Assembly: GCA_964016885.1 (NCBI GenBank)
Contig: OZ024747.1
Coordinates: forward strand, 930,001-994,000
Direction: 5' to 3'
From: Eledone cirrhosa
Taxonomy: Eukaryota
DNA length: 64,000 bases
The notes beneath the pieces are model-generated. The model saw nothing but the letters and a program-made list of their open reading frames with translations. It did not search any database and was not told the origin of the DNA. Numbering within the stretch: position 1 is the stretch's first letter; every line of letters begins with the position of its first letter. The position numbers and the translations under genes are program-made. Positions 25,600-38,330 of the stretch are shown here, in pieces.

Positions 25600-26693
25600 A
25601 TATTGCTATACTTTGGGAGGGTCATGTTGCCAATAAGAAACACACGCACCAGTTGCTTTCACTTCAATTTATTATATATTTATAAATTTATAAATTTACA
25701 AATCTACAAACTTATAAATTTCTGGTTGGTTGGTTGGTTGGTTCCACAACCAGATAGTTGTTTATATATAGTCATAGTCCTTTCCTCACACACTCTGTGA
25801 CCTCTTCCGTGACTGGGTATTCCTTTCTTTGTTTCTGTGCCTTTCCTTTCTTCTGTCCTACGCCATTTTGTTTCTGTGTGTGTGTTGTGTGCTCAGTTTG
25901 CGCATGCGCCACATCCGGGTGTCTGTGTGTGTTTGTGTTCATTTATCTATTTGTTTATTTATTTACATGTTGTTGGTTGGTTGTTTGTTCTATGTGTGTG
26001 TGTGTTTTCATTTTGTCCTTAATTGTAAGTTGTGATGTTGCTGTTCCACTCATATTTTCTATTTAATTTTGGTTGTAATTCTTTTATGCTTACTGCCTCT
26101 GTAATTTGCCTAAACATTGCATCTTTTCTGTGTGTGGATTCTATTTTTATTTCTATGTTCTCTAATTTACCCTTGTGTTCTATCTTAGCATGTTGGTAGA
26201 GTACAGATGATTCTTTATTATCTTGAAGGTCTCGCCAGTGTTCATTTATCCGTTCCCCTATACTACGAGCTGTCTCACCTATGTACACTATATTTTTGTT
26301 TCTACATTGTCCTTCAGTACATCTTATGCTATACACTACATTTCTAGTTTTACAGTTAATATGGGGGCTTATTTTACAGGTTATACATTTCTTATCTATA
26401 CATGAGGGTCTTTGGAACGGGTATGTCTTGCTAATAAGTGTTTTTACGGAGGTACCTGGTCTTTCTACTATCTTAATATTGAGTTTAAACTCAATATTAA
26501 GATAGTAGAAAGACCAGGTACCTCCGTAAAAACACTTATTAGCAAGACATACCCGTTCCAAAGACCCTCATGTATAGATAAGAAATGTATAACCTGTAAA
26601 ATAAGCCCCCATATTAACTGTAAAACTAGAAATGTAGTGTACAGCATAAGATGTACTGAAGGACAATGTAGAAACAAAAATATAGTGTACATA
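25600..26693 (-). mobile_element. Naiad-like Penelope element 3' fragment (GIY-YIG plus pseudo-LTR) with a perfect 5' fold-back
   Basis: ORF 26019-26561: CxxxxCxxC..C..NVVY..C..C..YIGETARS..EH..SVLYQH..H..RQITEA..LNRKYEWN; terminus tgaccctcccaaagtatagcaat resembles that of the other Naiad-like copies. Confidence 0.9.
25770..25814 (-). ncRNA. Minimal type I hammerhead with one core substitution
   Basis: Minus strand: agtca-CGGAAGA-ggtcac agagtgt gtgag-GAAA-ggac-TA-tgact. Confidence 0.6.
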
Positions 26694-26720
26694 CATATAT
26701 ATATATATATTTATATATAA

Positions 26721-26775
<55 letters not shown>

Positions 26776-26808
26776 CATACATATATATATATATATATTT
26801 ATATATAA

Positions 26809-26929
<121 letters not shown>

Positions 26930-26956
26930 CATACATATATATATATATATATACAT

Positions 26957-27039
<83 letters not shown>

Positions 27040-27052
27040 AATATATATATAC

Positions 27053-27223
<171 letters not shown>

Positions 27224-27234
27224 TATATATATAT

Positions 27235-27413
27235 ATAAATCAAGAAAGAAGAGTGACACGGTTTGCTATACAATAAGGGCTTTAATCACATTGCTGACAA
27301 TTGTTTCTCTGAACTGGTAGGTCTAGAGATCGCTACCCACCTCTTTTTGCGTCAATCGATCACCAAAGCCCTTATTGTATAGCAAACCATGTCACTCTTC
27401 TTTCTTGATTTAT
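27235..27413. repeat. Inverted repeat with 49-bp arms; the spacer holds a hammerhead 3' half
   Basis: 27235-27283 versus 27365-27413; minus strand GAAA-caattg-TC at 27296-27307. Confidence 0.85.
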
Positions 27414-27736
27414 TATTACTCCAAGAAATCACCGCGTACTCGCAGCATCACTATGGAAACGCCTTGTTGAGTCAAACTTAGCCAAGCGTTAATACTATCC
27501 ACTACTCGGAGTACCCTAACTGGACTACATCTAAGTGGACTACCTATAACAATAATTTGTTATCCCGTATATATATATATATATATATAAAGAAAAAAAG
27601 ATGTAATCGAAAATGCAACTGGAGTCTTATTTTAAAAAATATATATTTATTTGGTTCCTTTACCGGTTTCGCAGTTCTGCTTTTCAAAAGAAGAGTTGAG
27701 ATGGAGAGTCTCTGGTTTTTCTCATATATATATATG

Positions 27737-27796
<60 letters not shown>

Positions 27797-27797
<1 letters not shown>

Positions 27798-28095
27798 TAA
27801 TCAGTATACACTGAGGATGAAAAACTCAGAGCTGTATGGGAGCCTCCCAAAAGTGACACAGAGGAGACTGAGGTTAGCTGGACATGCTCACCGACATCCA
27901 GAGTTGCAACTACACTCAGTGCTCCTGTGGGAGCCCCTACATGGACACACTGGAAGAGGAAGACCAAGGTTAACGTATGTTGATGCCCTAAGGACAGACA
28001 CTGGTCTGTTGGAGACGCAGGACATGGCAGCGATAATGAGGGACAGAGACCCCTGGAGAGAACTCGTCCATGGATCTCGGGAATTTTACCCGCCC

Positions 28096-28096
<1 letters not shown>
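27797..28096 (+). mobile_element. RTE LINE ORF2 C-terminal fragment between (TA)n tracts
   Basis: ELYGSLPKV..RRLRLAGH..RHPEL..LLWEPLHG..RGRPRLTYVDAL..MRDRDPWR. Confidence 0.9.
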
Positions 28097-28184
<88 letters not shown>

Positions 28185-28343
28185 GGAATAGAATGAAACG
28201 AAATTTCATTTCTCACTCTTAGTACGGCAGTTACTTAAATAAACTCACTCGATATGAAAATTAGGCTGCTCAGCCGTTAATATGCATAAGGAAAGTAGGA
28301 AAGTATATACTTTCAGACGTTCAACCATCTGGCAGGAAGGTAT

Positions 28344-28386
28344 ACGATGCTGACGATAGCTAATAAGCTTGAAACTAGTACATCGT
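28344..28386 (+). ncRNA. Minimal type I hammerhead ribozyme
   Basis: acgatg-CTGACGA-t agct aata agct t-GAAA-ctag-TA-catcgt; palindromic stem III. Confidence 0.85.
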
Positions 28387-28609
28387 TACTGTGTCAGTGT
28401 TGAACAAAAAGGTGACGTGGTTACCTAAACACTGTAGGGCGTAATTCGGGCTGTTTGTTTGTTTACAAACCAAATAAGCCGAGCATTATAATAAATGTTC
28501 GCTAAAACAATACGTGCATATATATATATATATATGTGTGCATGTATGTATATATATACATATATGTATGTACGTATACGTACATACATACTTACATATA
28601 TATATATAT

Positions 28610-28662
<53 letters not shown>

Positions 28663-28696
28663 CATACATAGATATATATAAATACATACATATATG

Positions 28697-28759
<63 letters not shown>

Positions 28760-28769
28760 ATGTGTATAT

Positions 28770-29740
28770 ATATATTGTTATGCTTGGGGAGGGTCATATT
28801 TGTGTATTAATATTGCCAGAATTAATAACAGAACACACTCACTGTTTGGGTTGGTTTTCGCTTCTGTGTCTTTTATATCGGTTAATTTAATTTATTCGGT
28901 CCTCAATGTTGCCATTGACAGACCAACGGTCAAAAATACAGATACAATACAGACACAACCGTTGTGTTGTTGTCTGGCATGTTCGTATAGTACTATACGA
29001 ACATGCCACACAACAACACAACGGTAACATAGACAACATAGAAGTTAGAATAATATCTAAACATAGAAATGATCCAGCAGATAGGCAAATCAGAGAGGCC
29101 AGCGAAATAGAACTTAGAAGGCCAAGGCTAAACAGAAAAAATGAATGGAATAACAATACCCAAACAAACAACACTGACCTAAGAGAAGTATAAAAAAATA
29201 AATAAATAATTAAATAAATAAATAAATACATACACAAGCACAATAACAACAAACACATATAAACACACACTAGTAAAAAACGATAGAATACATTAACCAA
29301 TACACAGTCACCCAAACAAGAACACACATCAAACAAAACACTATACATACACGCAAACCCATGCGCAGAGAAGACAAAAAAAAACAAACAAATAAATAAA
29401 TAAACAGACTAAATAAAGATGGCGTAAGCATACAATGGAACGGGAGGAAACATAATAGCACCACTGATGATGTTGCAGATGTGCAACGAAAGAATTTTGA
29501 TAGACTATATATATGTGTTTGTGTCTATATTGTATCTGTATTTTTGACCGTTGGTCAGTCAATGACAATATTGAGGACCGAATAAATTAAATTACCGATA
29601 TAAAAGACACAGAAGCAAAAACCAACCAAACACTGAGTGTGTTCTGTTATTAATTCTGGCAATATTACACAAATATGACCCTCCCCAAGTATAACAATAT
29701 TTGTTTCGACACACGATTTCATATCAAAAACCTCGCAAAA

Positions 29741-29745
<5 letters not shown>
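28770..29745 (+). mobile_element. Naiad-like PLE 3' fragment with an inverted pseudo-LTR end at its 5' side
   Basis: GIY-YIG tail VLYEH..H..RQIREASEI..LNRKNEWN (28990-29193); ~28772-28958 is the reverse complement of ~29518-29702; 68-bp palindrome at 28958-29025. Confidence 0.9.
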
Positions 29746-29779
<34 letters not shown>

Positions 29780-30338
29780 ATTGATTTTTTAGTTGGTCTT
29801 ATTGACTGATGAATAGCTCATGTTAATTTTAACCCGTCTGTTGAGAACTCTAATTCGATATGTGATATTTTGTATTTTTACAAATATATACACTGCCGAA
29901 TTCATTCGCCTAATATAGGGGTTCCCTCCCTTGCTAGACCCCACGTGGATTTAGTAACGGGTTCTTCTGTATATTCGAACGAAATGCCTGTTGAGAAAGT
30001 GGTTTTCCTCGTTCATCTTTTTGCCAGAAGCCGGATATTTTTTATGTAAGCTGACGGTAACTGATTTAGGAACTGCAGAAACCAAAAAGCTGTAATTTAC
30101 CATCATTCTAGCGGGTCCGGGTAAAGATTTTTCATTCATTTATATTATTATTTGTCTGACCCGAATTTTCCTGGTCGTTTTTTTCGGCTGTGCGAGTGAT
30201 TTTAAACATTGTCTCCGTGTGTTGGTATTTAAACGATAGTTATAGCTCTGGTTTATTCAAACTATTGAGCCCTTTGCCACGCATTTCGAAGATTGTGTTT
30301 CGTTATTTCGTGGGCCGAAATTCCGATTCTCGATAATT

Positions 30339-30403
<65 letters not shown>

Positions 30404-30863
30404 AAGGCAAACAGAAATAACAAAGCAAACAACAACACAGTACACTGAAGAAATATATTAGTATAACGCTTGATATAGTAGGAAAAGATCTGAACGTTTC
30501 GGACGCCAGTTTAAAAGTGTCTCCTCCACTATACAGTGGTGGCCATAACTGGACCCCGAAACCAATTCTCCGTATTACTGACAAATATACATACACCTCC
30601 AATTTCCTGATTGAAAGTTGATATCCGAAATTGTAGATCCCTTTGATGTTGATAACCTCCAGCCCCGCCACAGATTTTGTGTTTCATTTGTCGAAACTTA
30701 TAGTACCTCATGTTCTACTTTTCGTCACCCTTGAGTGCGTATAAACCAGTATATTTCGCACGACTGCCCTTCTTAAGGCCCTGTCTATGACGTGAATACA
30801 TCTGCCTATATGTTTACAGGTATTTATCCCACACAAAGATAATTGTGTTGTTTGTAAAATAAT

Positions 30864-31063
30864 TGTTTCTACTATTGGCACAAGGCCAGCAATTACCCAG
30901 TACATTACCCAGTACATTACTGGTACTTTATTTTATCGACCCCGTAAGGTTGAAAGGCAAAGTTAACCTCGGCAGGATTTGAACTCAGAATGGCAAGGGC
31001 CGTAACTCTATGCGTCAAAGCATGGCGTCCGACCCTCTACCGATACTGCCAATACACCGCCCT
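30864..31063 (-). mobile_element. Full-length Nin/Deu-like SINE with a ~21-bp target-site duplication
   Basis: ttgtgttgtttgtaaaataat at 30843-30863 and 31064-31084 flanks the SINE. Confidence 0.85.
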
Positions 31064-31718
31064 TTGTGTTGTTTGTAAAATAATATATGTTAATACTTAC
31101 TCCTTCATTGATTTTTAGCTCATTCCCTATACATTATATACATTCACACTCGAGCTCTCACGCGCAGCCCCATCGCACACACACAGACACACAGACAAAC
31201 ACACACAAACACACACACACAGACACACAGACAAACACACACACACAGACACACAGACAAACACACACACAGACACAGACAAACACACACACACACACAC
31301 AGACACACAGACAAACACACACATACACACACAGACAAACACACACAGACACACAGACAAACACACGCACACAGACACACAGACAAACACACACACACAG
31401 ACACTCGTGTGTATGTCTAGAATAATAGCAGCAATTAAGATTCATGTTTCACGTTAGCTGTGTTCCATGGGATCCACACAGTATGAAGCAGTGTTAACAT
31501 ATTTCCAAAAACCACAGTGTACTGTATATTATAACTTTTACTTGCTGTTGTTGTAATTAAAGATGGTGGATTAGGAGATAGTTGTGTTCTCATCCAACTG
31601 AAGTCCATTTTGTCGAGGTCGATAGAATAAAATAGCAGTCAAGTACTGGGGTCGATTTAATCAATTCCCCCACCCTCCAACAAAACATTGTTAGTTTTGT
31701 GTGAAAATTAGAACGAAA

Positions 31719-31840
31719 GGTGGCAGATTGGCCGAATCGTTAAAGCTTCGAATAAATGCCTTGTGCTATTTGATGCGGCTCTTTACATTCTAAGTTCAAA
31801 TCCCGCCGAGTTACACCTCGCCTTTCATTCTTTCGAGGTC
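31719..31840 (+). mobile_element. Nin/Deu-like SINE, 5' part
   Basis: A-box-like ttggccgaatcgtta, B-box aagttcaaatcc, gcctttcattctttcgaggtc. Confidence 0.75.
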
Positions 31841-32155
31841 CACACTGTAAGATGGTAGTGCTGGTACAATGAAGAAAAACACCCACTCCACACTGTAAGA
31901 TAGTAGTGGTGGTGTCATAAAGAAAAACACCCAGTCCACACTGTAAGATAGTAGTGGTGGTGTCATAAAGAAAAACACCCAGTCCACACTGTAAGATAGT
32001 AGTGGTGGTGTCATAAAGAAAAACACCCAGTCCACACTGTAAGATGGTAGTGGTGGTGTCATAAAGAAAAACACCCAGTCCACACTGTAAGATGGTAGTG
32101 GTGGTGTCATAAAGAAAAACACCCAGTCCACACTGTAAGATGGTAGTGGTGGTCT
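31838..32155. repeat. 48-bp tandem repeat (~6.5 copies)
   Basis: gtccacactgtaagat(a/g)gtagtggtggtgtcataaagaaaaacaccca; the 16-aa periodicity in the ORF track agrees. Confidence 0.95.
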
Positions 32156-32246
32156 TACTATAAAATGCTTTTAGTGCACGTTGTAAAGTGGTTAGAGTTA
32201 GGAAGAGCATCATCGTAGTAACCAAGCCCTAAACGGAGCATACGAG

Positions 32247-32612
32247 CAAACATGGTCACTCTGCTAATTCAGCCACAAACATGGTCACTACTAATCCAGC
32301 CACAAACATGGTCACTACTAATTCAGCTACAAACATGGTCACTACTAATCCAGCTACAAACATGGTCACTCTACTAATCCAGCCACAAACATGGTCACTA
32401 CTAATCCAGCTACAAACATGGTCACTACTAATCCAGCTACAAACATGGTCACTCTACTAATCCAGCCACAAACATGGTCACTACTAATCCAGCTACAAAC
32501 ATGGTCACTCTACTAATCCAGCCACAAACATGGTCACTACTAATCCAGCTACAAACATGGTCACTCTACTAATCCAGCCACAAACATGGTTACTCTGCTA
32601 ATCCAGCCACAA
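32247..32612. repeat. 27/29-bp minisatellite (~13 copies)
   Basis: caaacatggtcact(ct)actaatccagc(t/c)a. Confidence 0.95.
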
Positions 32613-33734
32613 ATATATTCTTTTTATATATTTTTTATCGTTTCCTCTATATATCCTTCTTCACCCCATCCCCTCCTAGTCCTTCCACCCCCAGATCTCC
32701 TTCTTTGTCGTCGGTCTTTTCACCTTCTCGCCCACCCCGATGCAGCCCTTCGGGCCTCTGTAGCCTCAGTACCCCCCCCCCCCTTATTTTATGATAGAAT
32801 TGGCCGATTCCGCTTTTTATAGCAGAAGTGCGAGCCCCCAGATACTTGCTTTCTTCTCTGCCCCCTTTCCGTGATTTCTAGATTTCTTAGTGGTATTTCT
32901 GCTTTAGTTTCTCGTATATCAGTACTTATTTTTTGGGATTCTGAATTAATTTTTCGTATTAGATTTTCATATATATTGTACGAGTATTTATGTAGATTGT
33001 ATTAGAATTTATGTATTATAGCAATATTTATATATATTGTGTTAGTTTTTTTATATATATTGTATGAGTATTTATGTAGATTGTATTAGAATTTATGTAT
33101 TGTAACAGTACTTATATATATTGTATTAGTAGTCATGTTTCGGGATTCTGAATTAATATTTCGTATTAGTTTCGGGATTCTGAATTAATATTTCGTATTA
33201 GTTTTTTTAGTACGTTGATCCTCAACTTGTTGACCTGTCATTGTAAGATAGCATTGGCCGATTACTACTAACTATTGTAGCGGTGGTAGACCCCCTGTAA
33301 TGATCGCCTCATAAAATTCTTTCACTACAATCTCGTATTTAGTATTTCTTCCCACCTATTAAAACTTTTCTATAGCTTAGCAGTACCAGTGAGAGATTTG
33401 ATGATTGTGGAGGGGGACTAGTAACCAGAAATTGTTTTTTTTTATATTTTTTATATTTTTTATATATTTACTCCATTTAGATTTACTTATTGTTTCAACC
33501 CCCCTCCCCTTCTCTAGTATACTTTTTTCGACCTTCGATACACTATCCTTAGAATCTGCTGTAGTTTTCACTTTCAACGCTTGACTGGGTTTCCTCCACT
33601 CCCTCTCCCTCTTTCTTCTACTGGCAAGTTCAGCCACCCCTACCTTCCACAAAATGCCATGATAGAATCATGTGTCTTAACAACAAACTTTTGACCAATC
33701 CTTGTGACAATCACTTTTACCATATATGGTATTA

Positions 33735-33830
33735 CCCCTTGAGAAGTTCGGCTATTCATTTACCAGGCTAAAAATGTTCATTTAGTTCAGAATTAGCCGT
33801 CGAAACGGCTTGAGCTCAGCCGTCGATGTC
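33735..33830 (+). ncRNA. Decayed type I hammerhead at the end of a PLE fragment
   Basis: Core eroded (cttgagaag); stem II cggcta..tagccg; GAAA-cggct tgagctc agccg-TC; a related remnant lies at ~19604-19627. Confidence 0.45.
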
Positions 33831-33974
33831 CTACTTGTTTCTATTACCCACTCTACTACCCTAAGTATTGAGTACTTTGGTGCGTTATGGTCCATCTGGT
33901 TCCTTACCACAATTCCTTCGTTATATATATATATATATATATATATTGATTTGCTTTCCACGCGGCACCCCTAT

Positions 33975-34046
<72 letters not shown>

Positions 34047-34269
34047 CGTGCAAACAGACACACACACATATATATATACATATATACATGAATTGATTTA
34101 TAAATACATTTGCAATTAACGGCGATATGAGAAACTTGTTTTGAGTAAACATTCCGGCGTTAAGTGAAACACATGAAATCTTTACTGGGAGTTAGGATAG
34201 AACTACTACCACTACTACTACCACCACCACCAAGCTACGGGTAACAGCATCACAGGTCGAATGTTTCTC

Positions 34270-34700
34270 AGGCAGTCGTTCTCAAGGTGTTCCTTTCAGC
34301 CTGTGAAACCAGAACTGTTTACAGCAGACACCCAGGTAACGGAGTTACTTGCAACACCACATCTCTCCTCCGTACAATCTTCCACATAAAATGGTAAGAA
34401 AATGTTCCAGATATAGAAGTGCTGTAACAGGGGAAACTCCCATCAAGACATGTTCTGTGACAATATAACCAAATTCACTGGGGGGGGGGGGGGATGTCAT
34501 TTATATAAACGATATACACATACCAAAGGAACTCCTCCATGGAGAGCTAGCCATGGTTGCTGGCTAGAAGCAGGTGCCTCGTGGATAAACTTAAAGAAAC
34601 ATTAAAAGCCATTAACATTGATGTAGAATCTGGAGAACAGATTGCTGAAAAGAAGCCCCTAGGATTCGCCCTCATCTGCAAATGCGCAAAATCATCACAA
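34270..34700 (+). mobile_element. Old RTE/BovB-like LINE fragment
   Basis: Broken frames give ACETxTVYSRH, LRTIFHIKW, VPDIEVL and IPKELLHGEL. Confidence 0.65.
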
Positions 34701-35000
34701 GAAAAATATATTCACATATTCATAGACACAAAACTCAATCATTCACGTGACCAAAGTCGTGATCTTCATCGATCACAGATGGAACACGATCCCCAACAAA
34801 AACACAAATATCTTCGATAAAATTTCAGTATATTGATTCTCACTAAGTCCCAAACTATAATCTACTCTGTCCTCCCCTTACACAACATCTTTCAACTACA
34901 AAGCTCTCTATCTTTTCCTAAGTATCCTCAATTTATTCAGCGCTCTTTTTCTCGCTATTCCCACAACAGATTATCTTTCACTTGACACTTTAACTATTCA

Positions 35001-35116
35001 ATATAAAGAGTGGTGTGCTCATGTGCAGAGATGCTATAAAAGTCTTTAAGGGTCTTTACCCTATTCTATAATCTATTCTATAGCATCTCCACGCATGAGC
35101 ACACCACTCTTTATAT
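35001..35116. repeat. Inverted repeat with 38-bp arms
   Basis: 35001-35038 versus 35079-35116. Confidence 0.85.
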
Positions 35117-35329
35117 CAACTTCGTCCCCTCAGCGCTTCATGGATTCTGAAGAATCGGCTACGTATATGTTTGTTTATTTTAACTGTCCTCCTTAGAAAT
35201 ATAGTTTCCCTCGAAGATTAGATTTAAACATGTGATGTCGCCAGTTTTAGGTTTATTTATCATACCACAGGTGAAGCTCGGACGAACTTTCTCTTTTAGT
35301 TCCAGATCACATTGTGCCATCTCACCTAA

Positions 35330-35474
35330 CTCGAAACTCACGACGTCTTCATCCAGATGTGTTTTCACCAATAAAAAAAGTCTTCCTGCAACTACCAAAC
35401 TTTGGAACTCTCTTCCATCTCATTGTTTTCCTCCTTCTTATCACCTGAACTTTTTCAAATCTAAAGTAAATTAA
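35330..35474 (+). mobile_element. Degenerate CR1/Jockey-group LINE C-terminus
   Basis: TTKLWNSLPSHCFPPSYHLNFFKSKVN*. Confidence 0.65.
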
Positions 35475-36057
35475 TTCCTTTCGTCTTAATGTTTCCTTCT
35501 TCATAGCCCTCCCCCTTTACTAAGTGGCTTCACACCTTCTTTGGGACTTCCAAGTAATTTTTTTAATAATATCAGCATGCTTATTATACACACCTATATA
35601 AAATACTTATTATACACACCTATATAACATACATAACACATATATAGCACACACATGCACACATATATAATACATAGAAAACACAGTTAATATATCTACA
35701 TAATACACACACAATAATGATGCACACACACTCTTACATACACTCACAGACTCACACACACGTGCACGTAACGCCCACATTACACACATATATAAGGTAT
35801 AGACAACGATATTCAAATACACACATACACAGACAGATAATACACACATTAAAGATATGGATACATATATGAATACGTAAAAACAATAAAACACGCATAT
35901 ACACAGATAGATGACGGCTATATTGGTGAATAAGTCGAATTAATTATGTAAAAACATACGGAGAATATCCTAATTACTGGACAGGACAGACTTCATTTCC
36001 ACATGGAACAACGACGGAATACGAAGCACTGATTCTCAAGAAAATCTTGATTAAATC

Positions 36058-36195
36058 ACTTACGTATTTCAAACAAATGAAAATGATTTACTAAAATGGC
36101 GGCCGTTCTGTAAGCATTCCATTGAATGTTGTATAAGCTGTCTACAACCGCGATATAGAGAGATGTCAGTAACGAGCATGACGTCATTTCCGGCC
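36058..36195 (-). promoter_or_regulatory. Candidate core promoter and first exon of a minus-strand host gene
   Basis: Minus strand: CCGGAAATGACGTCA (ETS-CRE composite, 36193-36179), GGCCGCCATTTT (YY1, 36104-36093), splice donor GTAAGT (36063-36058). Confidence 0.6.
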
Positions 36196-36264
36196 CAGTT
36201 ATCTAAACTATTCCCTCATTATCCAACAACAAATACAGACCACATTCACTACTTCTATAATGTT

Positions 36265-36276
36265 GTTGTTGTTATT

Positions 36277-36337
<61 letters not shown>

Positions 36338-36385
36338 CAGTAGTAGTAGTAGTAGCAGTAGTAGTAGTTGTTGTTGTTGGTGGTG
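36265..36385. repeat. (GTA)n/(GTT)n microsatellite
   Basis: Direct reading. Confidence 0.95.
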
Positions 36386-36561
36386 TTCTACTTATGCTCT
36401 TTCTCTTTCTCCTCCTTCTTAACTCATTCCCCACCATCCCCATCACCATATTCTCGGCGAATTACCATTAATTTCCGCACACCTGTACCTAACAAAATCT
36501 ACACATGCATGTATTTATGTATGTGTATACATGGTGGATGCTTATATATAGATACAGATAG

Positions 36562-36592
<31 letters not shown>

Positions 36593-36660
36593 TGTATGTA
36601 TGTATGTATGTATGTATGTATGTATGTATGTATGTATGTATGTATGTATGTATGTATGTA

Positions 36661-36871
36661 TTATATCTGGAGATCTCTCTGCACTTGTCGTCACATGGTA
36701 CCATGGGCCCAGCACTATGTGTCAATAATTGTCACAAGTGTAGTGTTTGTACCAGAGTTTTCAAGTCGCTGGCTGGACTAAAAAGTCACACTCGTCAGCG
36801 CATCAGTAGGCGTTCTCCTACATGTATATAAAGTAGTGGCCGTACTCGAAAACGAGTTGGCAGCCACCATG
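36661..36871 (+). mobile_element. RTE-derived element, 3' portion, within (TATG)n
   Basis: Contains the C2H2-like remnant [21 protein letters not shown]. Confidence 0.85.
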
Positions 36872-37005
36872 TATGTATGTATGTATGTATGTATGTATGT
36901 ATGTATGTATGTATGTATGTATGTATGTATGTATGTATGTACGTACGTACGTACGTACGTACGTACGTATGTATGTATGTATGTATGTATGTATGTATGT
37001 ATGTA

Positions 37006-38233
37006 TGTTCTTCTGGTTTTATAATTTCACAAAGTTTTACCAATAGAGAGAGAGTCGGTTTCTGACATAGACACAAGACTCTCTCATTGGAATTTACACA
37101 TCAACTAGGTAGTTATGTATGTATGCATGCATGTGTAGATAGGGATGTTATTGTATGTGTGGATGTGTAATTTCCTAACTAGTTGTGTTCTTTCTGTTCA
37201 TGTGAAGCCTAGCTTCTCAAGATTTGTATTGAGGCAGTTACTAACATACCCCAGTGCCCCAATAATCACAGGCATAAATCTGAAGGTGTAATCAGGGTGG
37301 GTATCTGCAGATTTCTCATCAGTTCTGCATAAATATTCTCCTTTTCACTAATCTTTGATATTATATTGGCATCTGCTGGGCAGCTAATTTCCACTACTGT
37401 GCATGCTTTCTTCACCCTGTCCCATATCATAATATCTGGTCTGTTATGCCTGCATTTTATTGGGGTTTTTACTGAAACATTCCACCAGTACTCTTTCATA
37501 TTATGTACATGGATGTCTTCCACATTGCAGTACCTTTTAATGTGTTTATTATCGGGGCTATCTTTTTTACGAACTGCATTGTACAATGTTTTGGCCACTA
37601 CAACATGCCTCATAGGTAGATAGTACCGCGATGACATCTTTGGACAGCTGATGATGACATGGGTGATATCCTCGATGTTAGTTCTGTAAAGTCTGCACTT
37701 GTTATCACATGTAGGTGTTTTGCTTGCATCCCTATCTCTTTTGTGAATCAGGTATTTCGTGTTAATCTCCTGTTCTTGGATTGTAAAAGCGTATCTTTCA
37801 AAGTGGGAGCTAATATAGCGGTTGTTGGTCCAAGATTGACTACTTTCCTTATCTATATTACTCTCACTCTGGAGCTTCCTAGCAACATATCCATGCATGA
37901 TTTTTTGCTGATAAGTATGCAGTGTTTCATCCATGGATTCACTGCGATACTGCTGGGCGACATCCCTGGGTGTGAGTTTTTGATTATCACACAGGGAATA
38001 TCTCTCGAGGTGTTCCTTCCCAACTCTCATGATCTTATCTGTTTCATACAGATAGACTTGCTCGAGAAACGGGCTCCTACGCTTCGAGGTTCGTAGATGT
38101 TGTCGGAGAGATATGATGCGACATTCAAATGTTGTCTGGACTGATGTTAGGCCTCTGCCTCCCTGCTTACGTTTCAAGTAAAGGCGGTCTATGTGACTGT
38201 TGATGTGGAAGTTTCCGGTGTTGTTTAGTATTT
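37006..38233 (-). mobile_element. Second R4/Dong-clade copy (CCHC-type finger plus RLE), 5'-truncated
   Basis: ORF 37266-38486: RLYLKRKQGGRGL, QEQEINT, CRLY..EDITHVIISC, HNRPDI; same 3' UTR as the 12281 copy; (TATG)n flanks. Confidence 0.9.
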
Positions 38234-38330
38234 TAGTATGTATGTATGTATGTATGTATGTATGTATGTATGCATGTATGTATGTATGTATGTATGTATG
38301 TATGTATGTATGTATGTATGTATGCATGCA

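Noticed and set aside
29805-29870. Further hammerhead-like remnants (also ~15915-15952, ~30490-30535, ~61605-61660, ~8880)
   Set aside because: Only half of the core or the stems survive; too decayed to call individually
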